Under the pieces are notes generated by a model that ran no database searches, had not been told where the DNA came from, and worked only from the letters and a program-made list of their open reading frames with translations. Of a DNA stretch of 64,000 nt, positions 1 through 13,054 are shown in pieces. The DNA comes from Phoronis australis (taxonomy: Eukaryota > Animalia > Phoronida): NCBI GenBank assembly GCA_002633005.1, contig NMRA01000050.1, positions 323,679 through 387,678 of the forward strand. The letters are read 5' to 3'. The translations under genes and the position numbers were made by a program. Position 1 is the first letter of the stretch; the number at the start of each line of letters is the position of its first letter.

Positions 1-657
1 GGTGTTAACTCAGTAGGATATGGTGTGTCGAAGTGTCATATGATTCTGTACCAGTGTTCAGTTTTCTTATACATAAATTAAGCCATTGGTACTACTTGTT
101 ACACTAGGTTAAAGGACCAATTAACCCATTCCTTCTGTCCGAAATCACTGTTTGATAATGTCACTTACTGCTTTAAAATAAATCTTGTCTTGTTTCCTAC
201 TCTGATGAGAAATAATCTCCAGGCTTGAGGAGAACAGGAAGGTTGTCATTGCTTTAGATGCAAGCTAAATTGCTTGTCATCACGGGTTAGTTTCAGTTGC
301 CGATGTAGTATGGCTGTCAGGGGAATTCCGGGCGAATCTGTTATATCCAATTTCAAATCAAACAAAGAATACAAGCATGGTGACATTATGCCTGTATCCG
401 CTAAAATTGGCAGACTCCACTCTGAGGACCAAGACATCATGTGTGAAATGAGAAAATTTAATTAGTGTGTCGATTCAGGTGTCTAGTAACGTTTGGTGTT
501 CGTAGGCTCTGAACAGACATTTAAATTGCGTTGCTGTTTGAGTAATGATCAAAAAACATTTTGTGTATTGGAAAATGACATAACATTCTATCAAACGGAA
601 AGTTTCTATCGTAAATTTGATCAAGTCTCATGTCTCGTATCACTGACGTATCCACAG

Positions 658-883
658 GTAACTATGCGACTCACCGTTAACTTCCCACATAATCAGCGCA
701 AGGTGCTACGTGTCAACCCCACATTGACCATGATGGAGATCTTCAGCGTCATCTGCCGCGACAAAGACCTTGACCAATCACAGTATGAGTTACGTCTGCC
801 TGGCGCACCAGATGACTCCCTCAATATGGCATGGAAACTCACCGAGTATGGTGTCAATGAGATTAACCTCATAGCTATGCCAG
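658..883 (+). CDS. COBL: Cobl-like gene, first exon in window (internal; ubiquitin-like Cobl/RBD-type domain)
   Basis: Acceptor ccacag at 657. Encodes VTMRLTVNFPHNQRKVLRVNPTLTMMEIFSVICRDKDLD..YELRLP, typical of the Cobl ubiquitin-like domain. Phase-1 donor G|gtacaa at 884 (alternative T|gtaagg at 893). Confidence 0.85.
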
Positions 884-2650
884 GTACAAAATGTAAGGAA
901 AGTCGTTTCGTTTTATATTTTTGTGACGTCTGTGCACCGCCTGTCTCTCTGCTTGTTTTGTTGCCGTAGATACGGCACGTCTGCTCGTGACTGTCCATTT
1001 CTAACTGTGTACAGGTAGGCCACTGAATCTGTTCATTGTATTGGCACTCTAAGATGTGACTGAAGTCAGCTTACTTTTACCCACGCATTGTTGGATTCAC
1101 CACTTACTGTGGACATAATGACAAGGACATAATTATGTGTCATCAGAGTAATGATATACAAACAGGGGAGTTAATTGCTCTCTTAAGAGTAAGAGAACAA
1201 TAAGACCTGTAAAAGATTTATTTTGACAACTTTTTCGTGTAGAAAACATTCTCATTAAGTGTTGCATTCAGTCTATAGAGCATTATAATATTACTTATTG
1301 AAAAAACTTTTGAGAACTCAGTTGTGAATTATATCCAGCTATGTTGTCTGGAAGTACCTTGCCAAAGGGTCAAGGTCTTTTAAATGTGTCTTCTTCAATG
1401 TGGATGCTTGCTTAAGATGAGTGTGTGTGATTACTAGGGCAACCATAATTGCTTTCATTACTAACCCACTTTGCAATTAGTTTCTTATGTTGCAGTCCCA
1501 GACCAGCGAATACTGAACAGACGGTTCAAATTCCAAATTCATGCCCCACACTGCATGTACACGCACAGACACACGCACGCACACACACGCACGCACACAC
1601 TCACACCAAAAATTCTCCATACCCAGTGATCATCACTGTAGACAGGGTTCTTCAGATGGACAAATGGTTTGGGTCTGAAGTATGGTCCCCAGGAAAGAGT
1701 TTGGTCACCGGGCATAGAGTATTTTTGGCGTGTTTGTGACGTTTAAGGGTACATGTATTGAATTTGTACTGCGGGTTTGGTGTTTGATGGTCTGCGACTG
1801 GGGTGTAAGGCATCAAAGCTGGATTTAAGTGAAGCTGTCATGTAATCGTCTCCACCCTCTGAACGTGATATTGTGTTAATCAATAGTGTTGCTTGTAGAA
1901 CCCAAGTCACTACTTGACTTGGTCTTAGCATTCTTGCAGGTAGTGACTAACTCTTGCGTTTAGAAATACACTTGATCACTTTGTATCAGAGACTGTAACA
2001 TTTGTTACATTTGTAAAACTACCTACACTTAGTACTCTACCTTTTGGACAGTGTATTCATTGACAGCAAGTAAATGTCTCTCTTGGTCGTATCCTTAACC
2101 AGTATGGCAAAAAAGAATTTTTCACTCTGACTCCTTCTAATGACATTGGTGAGGTAGAATATTGTGTAAAATTAACATGTCTACCGGATGGTGTCCACTT
2201 GGAAAGGAGAACTGTTGGCCACCTGTGTGCATGACCACATAACTTTCTGGTTTTTGCATTGTTATACAGGTAGAATTAATGTCTCACTAGTGCCACCTCG
2301 TGAATTTCAATCGGGCCACTGATGGTGTTGCGTTTTACTGCAGTGTAACCTTTTTGATTTTATTTCCTTTCCAAGTGGAGTATTATCCTGAGAAGTTTTT
2401 ACTCGTCTCTTTCTTAGCATATTATGGACTTTGTGCCAGTCTGGATTAACAGACTGTTGTCAATAGTCTCTTCTGGTGATCCCTGACGTTCAAAACCAGG
2501 CAAATTGGTTTTCAGAATCACCAACTACCAATTTGCACTAGTTGCCATTGTTAGGTATGTGTTCTGTTGCAATATTTGTCCATTAAATAATTTGAATGTT
2601 ACTTTCTGTGCTAGTTTGTGATGAAGTTAATTCCCTAATTTTAGTTCCAG

Positions 2651-2769
2651 ACTTCCACAAAGCAACCAATGAGATTATAACGCAGCAAAAGGTGGTTAAA
2701 GCAATGCAACCTGAGAAGAAAAAGAAAGGCTTCTTTTCATTTCTCCGTAAGGATAAGAAATCCAAACAT
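2651..2769 (+). CDS. COBL: Cobl-like exon (basic KKKKGFFSFLRK motif)
   Basis: ttccag acceptor (phase 1), CAT|gtgagt donor (phase 0). PEKKKKGFFSFLRKDKK resembles the KGFFSFF segment after the Cobl domain in Cobl/Cobll1. Confidence 0.85.
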
Positions 2770-2950
2770 GTGAGTTCTTAGTTGTGTTTTTAAGGGACAT
2801 TTTTCCAAGATGCTTAATTTTTCCATTGATTGTGATTTTTGCGGTTTTGCAACACATTTTAAAAACATACGTTTTGTAGCTTATAATCAGAAGTCTGCTC
2901 TTCGGGAGCGGGGTTTTGCAAATCTCCAGTATCAACAGTTGAACTTTTAA

Positions 2951-4212
2951 TAATGATCAAAGTGGTCATTCTAGTACTGTCAGAATGTACATATAATGAT
3001 CAAAGTGGTCACTCTAGTACTGCCACAATGTACATATAATGATCAAAGTGGTCACTCTAGTACTGCCACAATGTACATATAATGATCAAAGTGGTCATTC
3101 TAGTACTGCCACAATGTACATAATGGTTAATGTGGTCATCCTAGTATTGCCAGAATCATTATACTGATCAATGTGGTCATTCTAGTACTGTCAAAATCTA
3201 TTATACAAAATGCATCGTTTGCACAAACTCCATTTCCCTCGCTCCACTACAGAACTTCGTTGCACCTGTTTCGGCACCACCTTGGTCCCAGGTATTGGCC
3301 CTCTATTTGGATTCGAAGTGTTTTTTTGCGGACGCGGCGGGAGGGTGGCCAGTTTCATACTGGCCTTGCTGATGTCAGTCAGTCGGTTCAACAGCCTGGG
3401 TGACGTCACTCTGGCGGCTTAATTTCACTCCCTCCGGCTTCTGTCTCGTATGTAATTAATTCATCGGGCCTGTTGCCACCAAAATGAATGGTGCCTCATT
3501 AAAATTCTTTTACTCTTCCTTGAGTAAACTAAATTATTTACCCGGATGTTGGAAAATTGGCCTTCTTCAGTTATTCTGCTGCTAAAATTGCCATGCGCTC
3601 TTTAGGTGCCATAACGTCGCCTATTTGTCAATTTCCATGTTCTTCAATTAACTGTGATGTTCATGTCATAACGATCAGAAGTGGTTTCATTTAGTTACAA
3701 CCCAATTTCAGAACAAACCCTCGAGAGATATTGCAAATTTTTAGGAAATGGCGCGTACGTGCGTGTGTCACGAGTATACACTGTTTTCAAAACTACGTCA
3801 GATTTTCCTTAGTTACAAGGCGGAGAACGGCTGTAACAGACAAGGTGAATGTCGGTTCATTCCCAAATGCTGCATGCACCCCTGCAGATTGTTAGCTCTA
3901 AGTTTCACTCGGGTTGTGTGGAATTTCGGTGTTTAATGGAGCACTAGACACGGCTACCTAGCTGCAGTATGTACATTTATGATGCAACTTTTGTAACTAC
4001 ATCTACATACTTTGAACACAGTCTCTTCAAGACGTATTCCCATCTCTTGCGATAAACACTCGGTTCACTCTTATAGGTGTAGGTATTTCCCCTCGGCGTT
4101 TCCCACTAGCTGCTACCCATGCAAAAGCACGGGTAACAGCTAGTGTACATATAATGATCAATGTGGTCATTCTAGTTCTGCCAGAATGCACATGTATATT
4201 GATCATTGTGGT
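2951..4212. repeat. 43-bp minisatellite (taatgatcaaagtggtcactctagtactgccacaatgtacata), split by a Helitron
   Basis: Units start at 2951, 2994, 3037, 3080 and so on; the array resumes at 4144 after the insertion. Confidence 0.9.
3197..4143 (+). mobile_element. Non-autonomous Helitron (947 bp)
   Basis: 5' TC (TCTATTATAC), 3' CTAG preceded by the hairpin CTAGCTGCTACCCATGC-AAAA-GCACGGGTAACAGCTAG (4106-4143). Inserted between A and T with no TSD; removing it restores the minisatellite unit. Confidence 0.85.
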
Positions 4213-4239
4213 CGCAGCCAGAAAGCATGACTTAGTGTT

Positions 4240-4606
4240 TACTTCATTTCAGCTGCTCTATTTAAAGCAGCAATAAACCTGCCTTCCATCACAAAAATCA
4301 ACTTTTGATTTAGACCATTTACTTACGTTATGAAATTGGTCTCAAATTTTCCTTTGGTCAAACTGGAGGTGATTTCAGTTGGTTATTGATTGAGACCAGG
4401 TTCTACAATGTGGCTTGATGTGTCATTTTATATGCCAAGCGTGATCTCAAGGTGTAACCAACTACCAGTTCTTTACAAACTCAAGAATCACTGACACAAG
4501 AACAAGTTGAGACCAGTTTATTAGCACCAATTTCATAGCAGTAAGCAGTCCAAATCAAAAGTTTACTTCTTTGTTAATGCTGATTTCTAGCCACTTAAAT
4601 GAAGTA
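4240..4606. mobile_element. Old foldback/MITE with diverged long TIRs
   Basis: aacttttgatttagacc..ttatgaaattggt (about 4300-4340) is the inverted match of accaatttcatagc..ccaaatcaaaagttt (about 4526-4564). tacttcattt / aaatgaagta mark the outer ends. A related fragment lies at about 33800-33845. Confidence 0.55.
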
Positions 4607-5675
4607 TCCCTGACGTTTTATCAGGCTAAACATCAGTGACTCATGGAAGGGGCAGGTGTTCTTGTGTATTAGAATGAACTACATTTGCCTCCAGTGTTTC
4701 TATTGATTGTTTTGTTTGACACATCATTGCTTATTGTTAGTATGTGTGGCAAAACATAAAATCAAAAGATTGTCTTTGCCCACTTTCCTGTTCAAAGGAC
4801 TGTTTCTGTATTTCTTAGAAGATGGGTTACATTTTTAAAATAAGAGGGTCTAAATAACATATGAAATAAGACCACGGACATTTAAATATCATGTAGTGAG
4901 TAGTCTGATTTTGTAGTCAGCCAGTTGGGAGATAACTCCTAATATGTCTCGAGCATGAGGTCCAATTGAATTATTATTTCCTTGCCTATAAAAAAGATTT
5001 ATACTAGTCACTTGGACCTGGAGTTAAATCTCAGCAGTCAAAAACTTGTCACAGGAATTGTGTGGCATGCTTCAAGTAAACTTGCAAATTATTCATACTC
5101 TAATAATGTTGCACGGTTGCTTAAAGAATGAGTCTAAGTGCAAGACAGTTTAGAGATTATACCCAGACCCCTGCGCCTGCTTGTATAAAAGTTGCACACT
5201 AGATTACAATAGTAAGAGCTACTTAGATCGCGCTGAAATTTGTATTTTACGTTATGCGAATATTAAACTTATATCCAGTTGTCTTTGCAAACCTCGAAAT
5301 CACTTCATCTGAACAAGGAATGAGTTAAGACAAATTGATAACGGCAGCAGGTGTAAATCAAAAATTTGATTCTTTGGTGGAACACGAGCTTATAATCACT
5401 ATATCATGGCGTGATCATTGCGCTCGGTCTACTTGTGCAGTTAGAGTGGCAAAATGTGAAGTAGACTTTACGTTTCTCTGGTGTCCCCTGACTAATGGGT
5501 GAGTTTGGTGATCATCTTTGCTTGAAGGTGCTCTGAACACTGTGTTATAAATACATTGATCGTATATGTTCAGGGGAGGTCCTTTTTAACCAGTGGGCAT
5601 CAAATAACATTTCAGTTGTATATGGAATACAAAATTCTATGGTTGCTAAATAATCTTTTATATCTTGTTTTCCAG

Positions 5676-6375
5676 TCCTCGCAGCCAAAGACTGAACTGT
5701 CTGGTGATATACATCTACAAAGGGACAAGTCTATGTACCCACCATCCAAGCCACAGGCAGAAGTGCTGCCCCAGCCTCATGTTGAACCCGTAGTGCCGCA
5801 TCCAAATCCAATCGCATTAAAGAAATCAGTAATTAAATCCACGAAAAAGAGGCATGCTCCGCCACCTCCTTCCCATCCACCTGTTAGAACTCTTTCAGAA
5901 ACGTCAGAAAGAGCAGTAACAACTTCACTAGAAGTGGTGACAACACCACTTCCTACTACACAAGATGTGGTGACATCTACTCCGGAAAATGCTGGTGAGA
6001 CGGACTTTGTTCGAACGGGTTCTAATCACTCGCGACACAGTTCAGACTCAAGTGGTTACCACGAGCCCTCTGTGATGGAATCGCCATCTCCAGATAGTTC
6101 AAAAACTCCATCGTCTTTGTTCAAGACATCACTAGATAACTCATCTCTAGAGAGTTCTGAGTTGAATAATTCTGATATTGTGTCACCACAGACATTCAGT
6201 CCTCGCTTATCCATGCAGTACGTCATTGCGAGGCGTGCCCGCTCTGAAGAGAACTTACTCGAACTCAAAGACAACCGATCGCAATATGTTTCTATGGATA
6301 ACTTGCATCACTCTTCCAGTTTGAAGTCTGGAGAAAAAGTTCCTCGGAAGAAGAGGCGGGCACCCCCACCCCCTG
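5676..6375 (+). CDS. COBL: Cobl-like exon with two KRAP motifs (KKRHAPPPP, KKRRAPPPP)
   Basis: tttccag acceptor (phase 0), G|gtgagt donor (phase 1). Part of ORF 5556-6434; Ser/Pro-rich. Confidence 0.88.
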
Positions 6376-6795
6376 GTGAGTTGATGAACACCATTGCTTG
6401 GCCAATGTTTTCACTTCATGTGTGTTTCACTTAATTTTCACTCAGTGCTCTTTATTGTGATGCAATTGTCCTACATTGTGTGGTGTTCTCATGTGTGAAC
6501 GTGGTCCCGAGCACATTGGGTGTTTGGTGTTATCAAGCAGTTCTCTGCGAGATGTATACATGTATCAAGTGGTCTGTACCAGCTTGAGTGACTAACATGA
6601 TTGAATGTACCACTTTATTACTTGTCGAATGTAATCACATAACTTTTTGTATTTTTACGTGTCTGTAGTTTGCTATTGGCTTTTGGATTTATTTATTGAA
6701 ACCCTGTTTTTGTGCTCCTGCAGTGCTAGTATCTTATTTTGATCATAGTTTTTGTAATTTGTATTGTGTCCTGACTGTGTTTGTTTGAACTCTAG

Positions 6796-7953
6796 GACAG
6801 TCAGCCTCTGTCGCTACTGATCAACTAAGCTTACTCGCTGCTGTTACTAACTCTGAGACAACTACTTCCATTCCGGAGGAATCAGAACTTGACCTCTCAG
6901 CTGTCGTGACTGCCGACAGTTGTGAACATTCAGCCATACAGGCTGATACAACTGACAAACTTTCGGAGCTTTCTGACCATCATGAACCTGGTGCAATGAG
7001 TGATGTAGTGGATACTGAATCGGACAACGGTAATTGTATCCCGTGGCAATGTACCCGCAATACTCCTATCCTCTCTGTTGGTTGTGGTTCGGTTAATGTA
7101 CATGGTAACACCTCGCATGATCTCTCTTACAAACCTGTTCCTGCTCGTCGCACACCTGTCCCTGTACCACGCACACCTGTCCCTGTACCACGCACACCTG
7201 TCCCTGTACCACGCACCTTCAAGAAAGTAGCAGTGCTTCAGTCTGGTCGAGTCAAAATACTCCGGAGCCGTTCTTTTGCTAAGACTTCTCTCTTTGCTGT
7301 GGGAAAGGCTTGTAAACAGTCTGAGTCTGCTGTTGTTGGGTCTTCTGAATACCGTAAGTCTCGTGAATCTGGTGATCACCACAGCTTCCCGTGCGTCTCT
7401 CTTGATTCCTGGCTACATGACATCAACAAAGAATTGACAACTGACATCCACTTTTCATTTGGTAGCGAATGCTTTTCTGGATCACTAACTGCAGAGCAGA
7501 CGCTTTTGAGAAATATTGTGGCTTCACCAGCTAACCTGTCTCAAATGCATTGTCATTATTCTGCAGCAGAGCCATTACTTGTACTTATGGACAGAAAATT
7601 GGACAATGGTGTTGCCAGTACATCACAACAGGGAAGTGTCCAACTTCCAAACAAAGTGTACAACAATCCAGAGATAATTGAAGGTGACACTGGTGAAATT
7701 GTTTCGCCATCTGAAGTTTCATCGGAAAGAATGGAGCCCCCGCTGATTGACACAAAACTTCAAATGTCTGCCATGACTAAGGCATCAACACTTCCTCCCA
7801 GACCTCCTGTGCTACCTCGACACGTAGCCCGTCACAGATTTTTGAAGCACCCCACTTTCCTTCCTCCATGCGCGGAAGAGAGCAGCAATGACACATCTGC
7901 CTCTCATCCACCCCCAATACCTCTCCAGCGTGTGAAAAGGTTGCGCAAGAAAG
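6796..7953 (+). CDS. COBL: Cobl-like large symmetric (phase 1-1) exon, Pro/Ser-rich, probable cassette exon
   Basis: ctctag acceptor, G|gtattg donor. 1158 nt open in the frame of ORF 6906-7970. Confidence 0.65.
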
Positions 7954-10169
7954 GTATTGTTATTGGATAGGTTGAGGTACGCTAATGGCTTAATATGTGG
8001 TGGATTATGTGTTATTCCAGTGTTTAGGACTGACAGCGACATGTCATTTTTGTTTGTAGCTGTTATTAGTATCCAAATGCAGTTTCTTCAACAACGTGTG
8101 AAGGTTCATTGGAGAAGAAGAGCGTGCTTTATCTTGTTCCTTTCCATTTTTATTTGTTGGTCATTATCATTAACAACCATACTAGCTGTCTGTAGACATG
8201 CTTGGTTGGGAGTTTTTCTGCTGATTATACAGAAGTTGGTACTGGTTAATGAAGGTTGTTACGCTATTGGTGATGGATTAGCTGAGCCTCCACCATGGTG
8301 GATTTTGCTGTTGGTTAAAAAACTGAAATTATCTTTTGGTGCATGCTGGAGTGATGAACACATTGTTCTGTGTTACTGAGTAGACCTATTGACTCTTAGT
8401 CTTTGCAAAATACTGATGCATGGCCTTCTATCATGTCTGTCTGTCTCTTACACCTAAAAGCAGAGTTAGGTTTTGGTCTGAACCTTGAAAGAAAAAATTG
8501 CCCACCCACATCAGTTTCAGCCGTGGTACGTGAGCAAGGGCAAGCAAGGTTTGAAATACCGTGATTTACCAAGTGATACCTAATTACCAGTAAATAGTGG
8601 ACTCTGCACTGCTCAAGGTCCACAGAGCTTTATTTAATTTAAATGGTGATGGACCATTTAAAAGTCATGGCTATAATTGCTGTGCAAAATACTGTTATAG
8701 TACTTGACACGTCTTTTAGGACTTGCAGGTTGCAACTATTTTTCTGTTCTTTGTGTGCAATAAATTACCTGATCTTTCTTAACTCCAGTTGTCCCCTTTG
8801 TGCAAATCACCGGTTCGTTTTGCCACCATATGCCCATCAGTACTGCAAGCCTGTCATTATGCTGCCTCAGGAGTCTTGAAAAGTGAGCAGCAAAAAATAA
8901 TACTGCACCAGACCACAATGAACTGTGCTTTTTGGCCTGATGTTTTGGTTTAGTTCAAGCTGAGTGGCTCGCCACGACAACGATTGTTTATCTGACCAAT
9001 TAGGATGCATGAACTGAACTGAAGGCAGGGTTTGCTATCTCCTGCTATCCAATTCCTCTTGTTGGCTTTTAAAGATGGGTAATTATAGGAAAATGCTAGA
9101 GATCCTTGCGCAAATAGAAATCATGAACTATTGATGAAGGCACACGGACGGAATATTTGGTTTTAATGCAATGAGTGTTGTTTGAATTCAGATTTGCTGC
9201 GTGTTAATTTGCTGGGGCTGGCTTGTTTTGTATTCGTTTATCAGCCTTGTTAATGTCCAGCTGTAATGCGATATTGCTTCGAGAGCTGTTGATATAAACT
9301 GATGTTTAACAAAGTGATACTCACCAGCACAACCACCAGGAAGATTCCAACAAACTCGGGCAGCTGCTGCGGGGTCTAAAAAGTTTGAGTTTTTAAAAGG
9401 GAAGTGACCTTACGTACAACTAACTACTCTGCCGTTTCCAAAAGTTCTTCTGCACAAACATTAGTTGTGTGACATAGCATGTGAATCCTGTTCTTAAACT
9501 GCATAATTTATACCAACAGTCCCCAAATATTAAGACATACGTTCCTGCATTTGTTTCATTTCCAAACACAAAGTTATGGGCTGGCTTTCGGAGCCACAAT
9601 TTATATTTCTACAATTTGTAGGGTTTCCAAAAATTTTGTCTGTGAGGATAAGGACATAGATCATTTCGATACTTCCTTAGCTGTATCTGCAAAGTCCACT
9701 TAAGTAACAGTACGAGGTACCATTGCTATAAACTCTGAACTTCCTCTGTTATTTCAAATTCCATATCAGTGTTTCTGGCACCTTTTATGCATAGCAACCT
9801 TCTGTTCCCGTCATTTTGCTTGCATGAATTTTACAAAAAGTACAGGTTTGATGCCACTTTGCAATATGTCATTTTCCAAAAGCAAGTGCTCTTGGGCTTG
9901 ATGTAAAATAATTATTAATCATAACTTCTGGAAATAGGGCTTACTACCAGAAATTCTTGTGTTTGATTAAGTTCATCTAGAGAGTTTGAATGCATACATA
10001 GAATTTGCTGTTGTGGTTAGAGCAATTTACCCAATACCATTTGTTGCAATTTGTCTTATGTTTTTGTTTATATCTGTGTTAAGTTGCTTCCACTTTAGTA
10101 AAAATGTTTTTCACTCTGTAACCTCAAATTATGCACAGACCAGTTATTTGTTGTTTTTATCAAATACAG

Positions 10170-10403
10170 GTACACCTGAGCCTAACCTAGACAGACGCCA
10201 TACCATGGCAACAGTAACAGATGTCAAACAGCTTACTCCATTCAAGTTTCGGCCTTGTGCGTTTGTAGCTCCACCCCCTCCTTCAGACCCCCCTCCCCCT
10301 CTAGATGAAGACGAGTTACGCTCACAAGTGGAGTCAGCTCGCGGTCAGAGTGCAGACATGGAGGTTGCCATGGCTACCAGTAATGCAGTGTTCAAAAATC
10401 CAG
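10170..10403 (+). CDS. COBL: Cobl-like exon (poly-Pro FVAPPPPSDPPPP)
   Basis: atacag acceptor, G|gtaagt donor, phase 1-1. Confidence 0.8.
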
Positions 10404-10602
10404 GTAAGTCACACACTGGTTTTGTTGATTCAGCAAGGTAGGCAGCCTTTAAATGGTGGAATTTGGCCATCGTCCAAATTGACCTAAGAATTACCATTCA
10501 TATCTATGGGCATCATTCAGTGTAATGTTCTCAGTAAAGTTGTATTTTGTAAATCGGCTCTGAAAGTTCCCTTTGGCTTCATCTTTTCCATTGTTATAAT
10601 AG

Positions 10603-11050
10603 GCAGCACCAGAATAAGACCATGACTGCCTGCCCAAACTGTTGTGACTATAGACAGCACCAGTATAATACAATGACTGCCTGCTGGGACTATAGACGGC
10701 ATCAGTATAAGACAATAACTGCCTGCCCAGTCTATTCTGACTATAGACAGCATCAGTATAAGACAATGACTGCCTGCCCAGTCTATTGTGACTATAGACA
10801 GCACCAGTATAAGACAATGACTGCCTGCCCAGTCTGCTCTGACTACAGAGGGCACCAGTATAAGACCATGACTGCCTGCCCAGTCTGTTGTGACTATAGA
10901 CAGCACCAGTATAATACAATGACTGTCTGCCTGCTGTGACTATAAACAGCACCAGTATAAGACCATGACTGCCTGCCAGTCTGCTATGACTATAGATACC
11001 ACCAGAGTATAGACCATGACTGCCTGCCCAGTCTGCTGTGACTATAGACA
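10603..11050. repeat. 51-bp intronic minisatellite (cagcaccagtataagaccatgactgcctgcccagtctgttgtgactataga), about 9 units
   Basis: Direct inspection; it generates the 17-aa periodic ORFs in the track. Confidence 0.92.
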
Positions 11051-11282
11051 GATACATAATATTTAGACTGAAAAAACCTGCCGTAAAAACAATGAAGACG
11101 AGTCTTGACATAGTGATCTTACTTAAATAAATGTTTAGGTGACTTACTTTATAAGTGCTATGCAGCTGGTAATGTGTGTGCTGTTAAGTTTTGTTCATCT
11201 TGTTCACAAGAGGCTGAAACATTTCTGTTTCCTCGTCCATTTTGTTTTATCCACGTTACACTCATGTGGTTGGTCGTTCTAG

Positions 11283-11387
11283 CCAACAGTAGAAGTGACA
11301 GTCGCTGTAGTGAGAACTCGGTCAACACCATTGAAGACATTTCTTTGCATTTCAATGATGCCATTGCAGCTGGAGAGAAAACATTGG
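11283..11387 (+). CDS. COBL: Cobl-like exon
   Basis: ttctag acceptor, G|gtgagt donor, phase 1-1. Encodes NSRSDSRCSENSVNTIEDISLHFNDAIAAGEKTL. Confidence 0.75.
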
Positions 11388-11699
11388 GTGAGTTTCTAAC
11401 TTAATACCCCCCCTCACATACTTCTTGAAAATGCTTTGTTCTCTTTCGTGCTGTAACACAATTATTTCCGTTAAGAAAAGAATAGTTTTTGCTATCAAGT
11501 TGATGGAATTTACTGATTGAATTTGGTTCAGAAAATCGCCTGCACCTGTGTTTCACTAAAAACTGTGAACTGAGAAAAATCTGTGCCTGCAAAGAAAATA
11601 TGGAGACCAGCTTCATTGAAAAAAAGAAATTAAGTCGTGGTATAAGAGTTGTTTATAAGAGAATATTGGAAAGAGCTTCAGCCATTTTGTTTTATTTTT

Positions 11700-12200
11700 T
11701 TCTCTTCTCTATTCTCTTCTCTTCTAGGCGTTGTCCATCCACTGCAGGATGTAGCCCTCCGACAATGCCTTCCAACTTGTTCTGTCTCTTGCTGCTCTCA
11801 TCCATGTTGTGCCTATCGTCTTCACGATGTCATCTCTCCATCTGGCTTGGGGCCGTCCTCTTGATCTCTTTCCATATCTGGGTTGCCACTTTGTGCATCT
11901 TTTTGTCCATCGGTTTGTCCTGTGCTCTGGCCACGTGTCCGCCCCACCTCCATTTCAATTTCAGAATTGTCTTGATTACGTCCATGACTCTTGTTTGTTC
12001 TCTTATCTCTGTGTGCAATCCTGTCTAGTAATTTTATTCCAAGCATTTTTCTCTCCATTGCTCTCTGTGTTGTTCTTAGCTTGGCACTTGTCTGTTTTGT
12101 TAAGGTCCATGTTTGGCATCCATAGGTGATTGCGGGGATGATGCACGGGTCAAATACTTTTCTTTTCAGGGATATGGGTATGTTCTTATCTTGGAATATT
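11700..12200 (-). mobile_element. RTE-clade LINE 3' fragment
   Basis: IPISLKRKVFDPCIIPAITYGCQTW..TQRAMERKMLGI and LKWRWGGHVAR, with frameshifts. (GAAGA)n-like tail at about 11700-11725. Confidence 0.85.
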
Positions 12201-12202
12201 AT

Positions 12203-12915
12203 TTTTTTTATTAATGTAATATTTACAATGAGGGTAGCCCCATCAGTTCACACTGCTTTCCATGGGGGCCCTCAGTAAAAACAAACATATAGTAAGACAA
12301 AAACAGAATTATAAAATGAAAGACAAATTTAAGTAATAAGCAAAGAATAAGAAATTAACACGGAAAGACTGATGAAGCAAAATAAAAAATAAAATATGAT
12401 AAATAGAAGATAAAGAAATTAAGACAAGATAATTAACTAAAAAATAAATATAAATATATATATAAAAAATAAAACAGACTATAAATAATTAATTAAAGTA
12501 AGACATTATATAAATAACAAATGAATAAACTTGCAATTCTTAGACACTACATGAAGTTAAATCTATTTCTTATGATTCTTTTAAAGGTTAGAAGGGATGA
12601 TGTAGATTTGGCATCTGTAAGGAGAGAGTTTCATAAAAAGGGCCCGCTGGAGGAAAATGATTTTTTCCCAGTTTCGCTTCTGCGTTTAGGAAGATTGAAA
12701 TCAGATGATGATGAGGACCTAGTATTGTAGCGATTAGTAGTCATCTTAAACTTAGCACATAAGTAAGATGGGACAACACCCTTAAAACATTTGTACATAC
12801 AACAAGCAGATAGGAATTGATATCTTGTGTGAATTTTCATTATACCAGTCTCTTTATGAAGGTTTTCGATGTTAATATCTCACACCAGCTCCCAGAATAA
12901 TCCGGACAGCCCTAT
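12203..12915 (-). mobile_element. CR1/L2-type LINE 3' fragment with 3'UTR and A-rich tail
   Basis: YKCFKGVVPSYLC..RYNTRS..LPKRRSETGKKSFSSSGPFL followed by WNSL-like sequence (post-RT region). UTR hairpin gagggcccccatgg...ctaccctc, then AATAAAAAAA. Confidence 0.8.
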
Positions 12916-13054
12916 TTGTGCATCACTTTGGCAACATTGTGTTTAGATTTGAACTCTAGAAATATTTCATTAGTGATTATTTGAAGGTGTCTTGGATCGC
13001 ATTTTGAGATGCTTTAGTGTATGTCCCTATTGGGATGACGTATTCCGTCCACAG

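Noticed and set aside
1556-1606. (CA)/(CACG)n microsatellite; also (CATATA)n at about 34270-34310 and a 16-bp x3 repeat at about 16990-17040
   Set aside because: Ordinary simple repeats.
6056-7753. Minus-strand ORFs overlapping Cobl-like exons (also 14903-15262 and 19017-19268)
   Set aside because: Antisense shadows of low-complexity coding exons.
7957-8379. Hydrophobic 140-aa ORF resembling a membrane protein
   Set aside because: T-rich intron sequence directly after a splice donor; non-ATG start.
10491-11111. Periodic Cys/Tyr-rich ORFs on both strands
   Set aside because: Produced by a 51-bp intronic minisatellite; no splice or codon support.
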